Source: Cycas panzhihuaensis (lineage: Eukaryota > Plantae > Cycadophyta). Taken from it: a stretch of 64,000 bases of DNA. Positions 53,700 through 64,000 of this stretch are shown piece by piece. The notes beneath the pieces are model-generated. The model was given only the letters and a program-made list of their open reading frames with translations, did no database searches and had not been told where the DNA came from. Made by a program: the position numbers and the translations under genes. Every line of letters begins with the position of its first letter. Within the stretch, counting starts at the first letter, position 1. Location: NCBI GenBank assembly GCA_023213395.1, contig CM041465.1, forward strand, positions 233,437,741 to 233,501,740, written 5' to 3'.

Positions 53700-56235
53700 T
53701 TGATCTTACTTGTTCCCATTTTGCCCCCATCGCCATCCATCATTATTCTTGGCAAGGGGGATTAAAAGGTGAGAGTGTTCATTCTTTTATCATTTTGGGG
53801 GTCCTTGGGATTAGCATCATGGCTTGTGCCTCGTGCAGGCTTCCTTTCCATTCTCCTATCTTTCCTTTTGGGCTGACTAGGTGAAGAAGTTGTTTGAGTC
53901 AAGAAGGACTTTGCTAACTATGAAAGAGGTGACACTCTAATATTCAATAAGCTACAATACATAGTCTACATCTTGACTCTCTTTGCTTGCACTTTACTTT
54001 GTATTGCACAATCAATTGAAATAGTGAAACATTATTGGTTAGAATTTTATGTAGCCATCAATTAGAATTGAACACAAATGTTTTCGTTTCTCTATATAGC
54101 AAGAGAGCCTCAATTTTAAGTGCATGCCAGGTAGTGTGAAATGTTCTAGACCAAGGTCCTAGACCTCCCAAGAAAGTAGAGGCCCAACTAGATGGGGAGT
54201 AAGCCATAGGATTACCAAATCTTGCAATCCAACTGGAAGGACTCTTAGCAAAAAGAGAACCACTAAAACTGATGTAAGATAGTTTCTTTCTTGCCATAGA
54301 TAGGGAAAGAACCATCTTCCACCATTTTAGAAAGATTGACTTGGGTTGCAACTCGTGGTGAATGATGGACTAAGCAAAGTATTGTTTTTTGGGCTTCTTG
54401 GGTGATTTCCAAAGTCTCTCAAATCTCCAATGTCACATGGAGGGAGAGTTGTTCATATTCTGAACTCATTTAGTCATCTTGCCAAGTTGGTCTTCTCACT
54501 AAATCAATAGGAGTGAGTGGACGAGAAGCAAAATATTTTATGAAGCTCTTCTAAACATTCTAGTCCCAAACCTACCACAACGGGCAAGAGGGACTTGCAT
54601 CCACTTGAAGAACAGATTTGTCAAGTATGGTATGTCTTACTCCCATCAAGACTCTCCTATTTGGGTTGGTAGATTGAATTTCACTTTGAGTACCTCCTAT
54701 GGCATTTGCTATTTTCTAATTGAATCATAGAGTTCACAGACAATTTGAATTCCTTTTCTCACATGTTTGAGGGTTGAGTTTTTGGGCTTCTTGGGTGATT
54801 TCCAAAGTCTTTCAAATCTCCATGTCACATGGAGGAAGAGTTGTTCATATTCCGAACTCACTTAGTATTCTTGCCAAGTTGGTCTTCTCACTAAATCAAT
54901 AGGAGTGAGTGGACGAGAAGCAAAATATTTTATGAAGCTCTTCTAAACATTCTAGTCCCAAACCTACCACAACGGGCGAGAGGGACTTGCATCCACTTGA
55001 AGAACAGATTTTTCAAGTATCATATGCCTTACTCCCATCAAGACTCTCCTATTTGGGTTGGTAGATTGAATTCCACTTTGAGTACCTCCTATGGCATTTG
55101 CTATTTTCTAATTGAATCATAGAGTTCACAGACAATTTGAATTCCTTTTCTCACATGTTTGAGGGTTGAGAACTAAGGGATTGCAATGAAGTAAAATCTA
55201 TCCCTCTAGACCAATGGAAACACTACAGAGAATGTTGAACTATGGTATTCTTCTAGGATCCTCTCTTCTCCAAGAGAAGAAGCATTTACAATGTTCTTGT
55301 GCTTTTAGAATGCTTTTCAAGAGGGTAGTTCTTTTGCTACTTTTGTTGGGGCAAGATTTACTAACAGACCTTGGAAAGGCATGTTTGTGCAAATAGGCTT
55401 CTTAAATGGGAACCCTTCGAAAATCTTAGCACTTTCCATGCTTGTTGCCCTTTTAAGGCCATTACAACCCATTTGCCATAAAGGGAAATTCCTTACCTTT
55501 GAATATCGATAATTTCTAGACCTTCCTTATCTTTGGGTGAGTAAGGAACATTCCATATGACGTTGTGAATTTTTTTTTTTAACCTTATGCAATAGACTAA
55601 AGAAAGATTTAGAAAAATCTCAGTACAAATTTGGTACCACCACATTCCATATAGTAGATAGGGATGACTAGAAACCAAAAGAGATGCTAAGGAATTTAAA
55701 TATTTCTTTTCGCTTGATCTAAGCCCAACCATATTGATTGATTCAATTAGGTGTGTCATTGGGGCTTTGCTAGTAGCAACTTGTTGCCCTCCATTGAATT
55801 CTAGAACTTGAAGCATCACAAATGTTTTCAAGACAAGACATAGTTTGGGCTACAATTTTTTGATCAACCAGTATCATTGGAAAAGAGCTATCAGTACAAT
55901 GGCCCTTAGCCCTTTGAAGATTCTCTTTTCCTATGTGGGGGATGCCTTTACTAACCTTGTGAGCAATCAAATAACTTAAAACATCAACAATATGAACATA
56001 CAAAGATTAAGCAAGAGGACATCCTTGGCTAATGGACTAAAATAGGCCAAATGAATAAGTTTTGGCACTATTGAGAGAGATACATATTGAGGCATCCTTG
56101 AACAAGGTCTAAATTGAACTTAGAAATATAGGTCCAAAACCAATAGCTTATAATATGACCATGATGAAGGCCCATTCCATTCCATTGTATGCCTTTTCAA
56201 AATCATTTTTAATGAGCAAGATGTTAGTTTTGTTT
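53700..56235 (-). mobile_element. 5'-truncated L1-clade LINE ORF2 (RT plus C-terminal zinc finger), decayed
   Basis: Minus strand: LIKNDFEKAYNGMEWAF...IGFGP...QGCPLA..LYVHIVDVL; C-terminal RCRLC...HLF motif near 53920-53980. 3' boundary approximate. Confidence 0.85.
54384..55168. repeat. Recent tandem duplication (~393 bp x2) within the LINE
   Basis: 54384-54777 vs 54778-55168, about 14 differences counted. Confidence 0.95.
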
Positions 56236-56569
56236 CGGCACACCAACTATCTCAAGGTTGCTTGTTTACTTCCTGCTTGCATGTTTGTGTCAATTTGACA
56301 TTGATTGGGTCTTCTTGACTTCATCTTGGTGTTTTGATGTCTCCAATCTTAAAGTTAGGGTTTTGTCCTACCATGCAATTCTATAAACAATAAACAATGC
56401 AACATTCATCTGTATAATTCATACACTATATGCGACATAACTCATTATCTCACTAAATGATGATTGGAATCAAGTACAAGAGTGGCCACCTTGCTTGGGG
56501 ATTGGATGGCTTAACTCTCATGCTAAATTGGGTGTGAGGATAAGCGCATTTTCATGCAAAAGACACTTC

Positions 56570-58480
56570 TGTACAATGTGACTCGTGGATTTTCATGACA
56601 AAATTACATAATAAACAAATATTGTAGCAAAAGTTATAATGCGAAGTCTTGGAATTACTATAACACACTCTAATGACAGATAATCCCCCAAAATACACTC
56701 ACAAAATGGGAGAAATTACAACAATAAGGAAGAAATATAATAGCAGTACCAAGTATGTAATTGCAGAAGATAAATAGTATAAACTAATGACAATTTAATA
56801 TATACAATATTACTCAAATATGCTTGGACGTAAGGCTAAAACTATGGTTCCTCTTTAAGGCAAGGTGCCCTCTACAATTGCTGCCCAAAGGCCTAGTTTA
56901 TAGCAGTCCACAATGCTTTGAGATGATGCCCTAGTGTCTCCCTGACTTCTCTTTAAATAGGCACTCACAGTGCCTATAAAATGGCTGATCAAAACCCCTC
57001 TTGAAGTTGGCTAGGAACTAGTCTTGAAGTCGACTAGAATTTAAGATTGAAATAAGACTGAACCTTCCTAAACTGAAGTCAATTTTTTTGCTCAAAAGGA
57101 GGTCGTGAGACTACCTTCTAGGACATCTGGATTACTACAAGTCCCTCCCCTTGAAATTGTGCTTTGTCCTCAAAGCACGAGTAAGTGAAGATATTGCTGC
57201 AGCCATTTTTCCATCTCCCAAGTGGCATCACTAATATCCCCTATCTTCCACTTAATAAGGTATTCCTTAATCTCTCTAGAACATAGTCTTTTGGAACGAA
57301 CTTGTAGAACACCTTCTAGCTCTACTGATATTTTTCCTTCATTATCCAATATGGGAAGATCTCTTTGGATCGCAACTCCTTCCCCAAGCTTCTTTTCGAG
57401 ACAAAATATGAAATGTATTTGTGAATTTGGCTAGTAGGAGGAAGCTCCAATTGGTATGCTACTTTGCCAATTTTGGCCAAAATTTTGTAAGGTTCAAAGA
57501 ATTTGGCTTATAACTTGCATTGGCTTGCTTGCTTTAAGCTAGTTTGTTTGTCTGGTTGCAAATGAAGGAATGCCCAAACTCCTAGCGTGAAAGTTCTTTC
57601 TGTTCTATGGAGATCTGCCTACTATTTCATTTTGTTTCGGGCCATATTCAAGTTGTCTTTTAAAACTTCTAGCATTTTCTACATTTGTTGTTGTTCTTCA
57701 ACCGCTTGAACTTTGGAGGGTCTTGTCCAATTCAAAATTGAGGGTGGTTCAAACCCATATAGGGCTTAGAATGGAGTCATCTTAGGTGCAGTGTGGTAAG
57801 TGGCGTTATACCACCATTTGGCCAAATGAAGCCATTTATGTCACTGGTGTGGTCTATCCCTAGCGAAATTACATAGACAACCTTCAAGACATTTATTGAT
57901 AGCTTCGGTTTGCTCGTCAATTTGCGGGTGATATGATGTACTCAAGTTTAATTTGGTACTTGTAAATTTGAATAACTCTTGTCAAAAATTGCTCGTAAAC
58001 TTGGGATCCCTGTCGCTAACAATTAATTTTAGAAAACCCTGGAGGCAGTAAATTTCCTTAATAAATAATTCTGCTATTTGAGGCACCTTTGCCACCATGT
58101 GTACCCCAAAAATAGGTGTATTTTATTAGCCGATCTACTATGACAAAGATCACATCTTTTCCTTTTTATTGAGGTAGTATTGCGATAAAGTCCATGGATA
58201 TCTCTCCCCACTTTTGCTTGGGAATATGCAATGGTTGGAGTAAGCCAGGTAGTTTATGATTTTCACTTTTGTTTCTTTGCTAAACATTGCATTCTACTAC
58301 GAACTTTTATATTTCAGCTTTCATTTCTTTCCAAAAAAAATTATCCTGAATCTGCCAGTAGGTTTTATTGATTCTGGTATGGCCCCCAATCATGGAACAA
58401 TGTGCTTTTTCTAAGATCTTTGTTTTTATTGTGGCGATTGCGGGAACTAGGACCTTCCCTATCCCAAGTGCCATTTTGAA
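56570..58480 (-). mobile_element. Chromoviral Ty3/gypsy 3' fragment: integrase, chromodomain, PPT, LTR
   Basis: AHCSMIGGH...CNV.QRNK...PGLLQPL.IP..KW..ISMDFI; chromodomain EYLIKWKIGDISDATWE; PPT aaggggagggac then TGTAGT (plus-strand 57139). Far LTR end uncertain. Confidence 0.88.
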
Positions 58481-58962
58481 GAATAAAGTGCATTTCATCA
58501 TTCATTGCAACTTGCCACTTTTGGTTTGGAATTGCCTCCTCAAAAGTGGAAGATTTGGGAGTAGATAATACTTGTTCCATTAAGGCAAAGTTTGTAGATG
58601 GCTTGTATTTTGATTGCCTCTCTGGTGCTTGAGGAGGCGATGGAGTAGATGATATCGTCTGTAGGTACCATTTTGGAAGTTGTTTTGAAGTAATCTCTAC
58701 TTGAAAATTTTTTGGAGAAATTGCTGAGGTAGAAGTGGAGAGAGGAGGTGCAGATGAAGGACTAGGAGAATAAGATGTAGATGGAGGTATTGTAATTGCA
58801 GAAACATTCTGTGTGATTTGAGGAGGAACAATAGTTGTTGTAGTATCCTTTTGATCATTAAAAAAAGAAATCTATCGTAGATCTAGGTCCTGATTTTCTT
58901 TAGAAAAGGCTACATCTCAAGATGTGTCCATTTGGCATGTAGCAAGTTCATAAAGTTTATTA
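58480..58962 (-). mobile_element. Ty1/copia fragment (integrase C-terminus to RT N-terminus linker)
   Basis: KLYELAT....S*DVAF; Ser/Pro-rich linker; STFEEAIPNQKWQVAMNDEM..ILQNGTWD. Confidence 0.8.
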
Positions 58963-59370
58963 GTTTATGGGATGGAGGTCATAATTCTGGTTGAATTTGA
59001 AATCCTGAGCCTGCAAGTAGCCATGGCTTGTCGACTTGATGATATTGATTCATTAGAAGAAAGGTTGTGATAATTACTGCAACTAGAGGAAACAAGGCAT
59101 AAAACAAAATGGTTGCAAAATATTGAGAAGATGCGGTAGAAGGCGTGGCACAACCGCCACTTAGAAGTGCCCCAATTCCAAGAAGGTGACCAAGTGGTGT
59201 TGTATAATAACAAATTCCATACACACCCCAGAAAACTAAAAATGAGGCGGCTCAGACCATACAAATGGATAAGATTTTCACCAATGGTTCGGTATGATCG
59301 AGAGAGATCAATGGATTACAACTGCTAATAGTGGTCAACAATGGTGGATTGAAACCCTATCATAGCTAGG
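58960..59370 (+). mobile_element. Non-chromoviral (Athila/Tat-like) gypsy integrase C-terminal fragment
   Basis: LVYGMEVIILVEFEILSL...FQEGDQVVLYN.....KLKMR..RPY...VNNGGLKPY. Confidence 0.78.
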
Positions 59371-60104
59371 GTATGACAAATTTATCAGAGGAATCAACTA
59401 GTTGTACCATAACTTGTTGCTTAAGTTGGAGACAATTGAGGTTTTCTTGGTGCCAAAATGTAATTCCAATCTGGCATGTGAATAGAAAATACAAAAAAAT
59501 AAGAAAAAAACAAGAAACAGGAAAAATAACAACTCCAATAATACACCTAAGCAAAATCACCATATGGTATGTGTTGTTTTTAAAAAAAAAAAAAATAGAG
59601 AGAAAAAAAAGAAATAAGAATATAGATGAAAAATGAGAATATAATAATTCATACGACATATTGTGGCACTAGAAGGCTGTATTTGGCTAAGTTTGTTTAA
59701 ACATATTTTGGAAGCATGCTTGATTTGCTGATTCAGCTTGTCATTTAGTAGTGGTTGATTGCTCTTGATGGAATGCTTGAAGGGTTTAAGAAGGTAAAGG
59801 AAGTTAATTAAGCTTCTTGTACCATCTGCCAACCACGATTACTTTTTGAAAATCTTATGTTCTTTATCTTTGTGAAAGCTACTTGAAAATCCTCCTTATG
59901 AGCTTAAGTTGTATGATTGAACCATGCATTGTGTTGATAATATTCAATGTTGTGTTTGCTCTTAGTATATTTTCTCTAATACCAAAAGTTATCATTTTTT
60001 ATTCATGAAAAAGCTTTTCCTAAGTTATTTTTTAATCCCGTATAATCTATCTTAAAGTGTATATTGCAAACTTTGGCAGATGATGGTTTGACCTGATTTT
60101 GTCT

Positions 60105-63100
60105 TGATAGCAAAACTTATTGAGATGAATGAGAAAAACTTGTATTTCTTTGGAGACAGTCTTTTTAAATATACAACATACAAGATAACTGTTATAAACT
60201 GATTTGTAACCGACCTTGCTCTAACTGCCAAGTGTCGACATCTTAAGTATAAGTTACACACAAGGGTTTTACAACATTACCCCTTTACATACCTAGATAA
60301 AACATTATACTCTAACACCCTCTCTTAATGTTTTATCTCTAGGAGGCCTAATCTGTTTTCCAAGAGATTTTGTCAGCAAATCTGCAACTTGTTCTGTAGA
60401 TGGGCAGTACTCCAAATCGATCTCTTTGTTGTGAACTTTTTCCCTTGTGAAATGGTGGTGTACTTCTATGTGTTTAGTCCTTGCATGAAGTATTGGATTT
60501 TTGGTTAGTTTGATGCCGCTCTGATTGTCACATTTTAGGGTCGTTGCCTGAATTTATTGTTGTTCCAAATCGGTTAGGAGTTGCCTTAACTAGATTGCTT
60601 CTCATGTCGTTGTCACAGCTGCCTTATATTTTGCTTCAATTGATGAGAGCACAACAGTAGGTTGTTTTTTGCGACACCAGGAAATTGCTGCAGATCCTAA
60701 GAAAAAAAACAGTATCCACTTGTAGATTTCCTCTGCTTATTGTCTTCTGCCCAGTCAGAGTTGCAGAAGCCTGTTAATTCCACTAGTCCCTTCTTAGGAT
60801 ACACCAATTTCAAATTTGTTGTCCCCTTTAGATATCTTAGTATTCTTGTTGTAGCCTTCCAGTGTCTCGTTTTAGGTTCCTGCATCTATCTAGACGCCAA
60901 CCCTATTGAGTGTGATATGTCAGGTCTGGTGGTTGTAAGACTTCTGATCATTTGTCTATACAAGGTGGTATTTGCTGCCTGTTACGTTTCATCTGCTATC
61001 AAATTGCAATTCACTTCCATGGGTGTGGCACAAGAATTGCAATTCTTCATCTGAAATTTGGTTAGTAGATTTCTAATGTATTTGCTTTGAGACAAAGCAA
61101 CATAATCTTGTTGTTGATCTACTTCTAATTCTAAATAATAACTTAGGAGGCCTAAATCTATCATTTCAAATTCCCTTTTAAGTTGTTCTTTTATGTTTAT
61201 AATAGATTCTTCATCATTGCCTGTAAGAACCATGCCAACTACATAAACAACAATTACTGTGATTAGGCTATTTCTTTTTCTTATGTATAAGTTGGAGTCT
61301 GAGTTACGCGTTAAAATCCGTTTTGACACAAATGTTGGTCTAATTTGGCATACCAAATTCGAAGAGCTTGTTTTAACCCATATAAGGCCTTTTTCAATTT
61401 GCATAGTAGGTGTTCTTGTCCTTCTTTGATGTATCCTTCGGGTTGTGTCATGTAAACCTCCTCCTTTGGTTCCCCATTCAAAAAGGCACTCTTTACATCT
61501 AACTAAAAGATTTTCCAATCTTGCATAGCAGTTAAGGCAATTACGGTCCTTACAGGAATTGCCTTTGCAAACAAAATTATCAGAAGAAATGTGAGGCAAC
61601 CCATTCATCATGCCTGATTTTTCCATTATCCTTAATGTTTCTATTGGAATATGCCCATACTTCAAATGCCACATTTTATTATCAGATTTAATAGTAGTAC
61701 AAGATTTTTCTCCCATATTGGGAATCACAGGATTTGACAACAGTTTGATAATAATCTTCCCATTATTTTTTATATCTAATATGTGGCAATAGCCTTCTTC
61801 ATCAAATATAGTCCTTAGCCCCTTTTTGCTAAGTTGTGAAACAGACAGAAGATTCATTTTTAGGCCAGGGACCAACAACACATTTCCAATTTTCTTTACA
61901 TTTCCTTGTAAATTGACAGTAATAGTACCTACCCCTTTTATGTCAAGGGGGTATTTGTCTCCTAGTTCAACTGATTTATCAAAGTTGTAAGGTTTCAGAG
62001 TTTCAAACTAGTTTTTGCGATTGGTCATGTGTCGCGAAGCTCCTGAATCAACGCACCATATGTCTCCATCTTTTAGTCCTATTGCTAGTGTGACGATGAA
62101 TGCTATTTCTTTTTCCTCCTCCTCAGCTTGTTCTTTGTTATATCCGCCAACAGGTCGTTTCTCTCTCTAAACGTCGGTTCTTCTTTGTGGGCATTGGCAA
62201 GGGTAATGCCCTGGTTGCCCACAGTGGTAACAGACGTCAGAAGCTCTGCAGGCACTGGAGAAGTGTCCAGGTTTCCCACAATTGAAGCAAACCTGGGTGT
62301 CTCTACTGCGTCCACGTCCTTTGAATTCCTACCAATGTCCTCGAGCAAGACTTCTGATGTCTGGAGTACGTCCTTATCCTCTAGCTTGGTTCCGTCTGCA
62401 TGGTACCAAGTTTAGTCTGGATGAAAAGGCATTTTCCAACTCTGAAGAATCTTCATAGCGCTTGTTTCTATGTTCCTGTCTCAATAATAAACCAATCAAT
62501 TCATCAAGAGTTATTGTATCAATCTGATTATTGTTTGTTATGGTGTTGATGGTTATATCGAAAGATTTTGGTAGCTTGCTTGCTACCATTTCCGCCAGCT
62601 CTTGTTCATAAATAGTGTCTTCCGCACTCAAGAGGTTATTTCTGATTGAAATAACTTTGTGTATGAACTCAGTTATCGTACCACTCTCCTTCATGTGAAG
62701 CTTGTACAGATCTTCCTTGAGGGCAATTATTCTAGCCTTGTTCTTTTGGCCATACAAATTCTCAAAACATTTCCAGATATTTGATGTAGAGTTTAGTTTC
62801 TCTATATACACGAGAAGAGGATTGGAGACCGGCATCTTCAGAATGATTACTCCTACATTATCTCTTTCTTCCCAATCTAATAGGGTTGGATCAGTTTCAC
62901 CTGGGAGGGCTTCGGAACCATTTGCAATTTTCTAGGCATTTTTGGCTCTTAAAAATGTTTCCACTTTTATTTTCCATATGTGGTAATTTGTATTAGTCAA
63001 TTTTTCTTGATCGGACAGGGCTAAGATTGAAGAAGCCATTGGATTTGAGAACAACAGACCCTGACTATACTTGACCATACAACTGTATGGATTTCTGTAC

Positions 63101-64000
63101 AAAATTTTGACTATACGGAATGATACAAAATGTACCTCAAAAGAAAGGTATTGAAGAGGAGATTACAGATCTGTAATTAGATTTGCAAAATATTTTGTAG
63201 ATTATGAGAAAATAGGCCATAAACCTAGAGAAGTGAGGCTAGGGTTTTCTCCAAAAAGACTTAGAACTTTAAAAATTCTCCACCAAAATTCTCCAGACTG
63301 GTCACAATCTCTTAGAAGCATTGAGACGCAGATGTTATAACTGATTTTATTCGAAAATCTGAGAAATTTTAAGAGAAATTTGCAAACATACCTCCAAACT
63401 TGCGTGGACTGGTAAACTGCCTGAAACTGCCATCAGATGAGCTTGGATGACTTCGATGCAGTAGAGAAATATGACGGGATGCCAAGATCTTCCTTTTGGT
63501 CAAATTTCGTCTCAATCTAAGACCTTGAAAATTTTCGTTCGTACGGTCGTATGGTTCCGTACTGAGTCCGTACACAGTCTGAGATTGTCCTCCTCTTTGA
63601 TTTTCTTCTTCAGCAAGCTTCAGAGTTGGTCTCTTTGTATTGTGATTATTTATTTGTCCTTTCTTTGGACTCTTCTGCTCCGATCTTCTTTAGTTTTCCT
63701 TCACAAATGTTCTTGTCTTTGTTCCATTTTGACACGACCTCCGGCAAGTACAAGGTCCTCTCTCAAATAGATAGGATAACCTGCTCTGATACCATGATAG
63801 CAAAACTTATTGAGATGAATGAGAAAAGCTTGTATTGCTTTGGAGACGAAATCTCTTTAAATATACATCATACAAGATAACCGTTCTAAACTGACTTGTA
63901 ACCGACCTTGCTCTAACTGCCAAGTGTCAACATCTTAAGTATAAGTTACACATGAGGGTTTTACAACATTACCCCTTGACATCCCTAGATAAAACATTAT
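60105..64000 (-). mobile_element. Element E: internally deleted Ty1/copia LTR retrotransposon
   Basis: 3' LTR 60105-60317; 5' LTR from 63795 running off the window. Perfect PBS (gctctgatacca 63783-63794 = TGGTATCAGAGC). PPT ttaagagaggg. TSD cannot be checked. Confidence 0.95.
60340..63039 (-). pseudogene. Element E gag-pol lacking the integrase core
   Basis: ATG at 63039, MASSILALSDQEKLTNTNYHIWKIKV; two CCHC knuckles; WCVDSGASRHMT; MWHLKYGH; jumps directly to RT LDVKSAFLNG; SDWAED...RKSTSGY; HARTKHIEV. Confidence 0.92.

Noticed and set aside
60982-61881. Longest ORF (299 aa) as a functional gene
   Set aside because: It is a chimeric read-through of copia PR/pre-integrase, an out-of-frame segment and RT, created by deletion and frameshift.

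Overview
AT-rich land-plant genomic DNA, probably a large-genome non-angiosperm (inferred from the TE lineages). No intact protein-coding gene is visible. Bases 1-49.1 kb are a nested stack of decayed retroelements whose classified members all lie on the + strand. (A) An ancient chromovirus-like Ty3/gypsy scaffold. (B) A 27.8-kb Tat-like Ty3/gypsy inserted into A (3260-31065, ~3.6-kb LTRs). Its 3' region carries an antisense Plant Mobile Domain (PMD) gene and a stand-alone archaeal-type RNase H. (C) A Ty1/copia with a 3.8-kb leader inside B's 5' LTR (4583-13325), which itself holds a young tRNA-derived SINE. (D) A 3.6-kb non-autonomous gag-only LTR element (33692-37260). There is also an 8.6-kb block of unclassified ~2.8-kb tandem units. 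At ~50.6-52.3 kb lies a non-repetitive, CpG-retaining island with a TATA motif, splice signals, no long ORF and a run of local hairpins (candidate structured lncRNA or long 5' leader). Downstream are mostly minus-strand TEs: an L1 LINE, gypsy/copia fragments, and an internally deleted copia with a double zinc knuckle. Identities are estimated by eye; no database searches were run.
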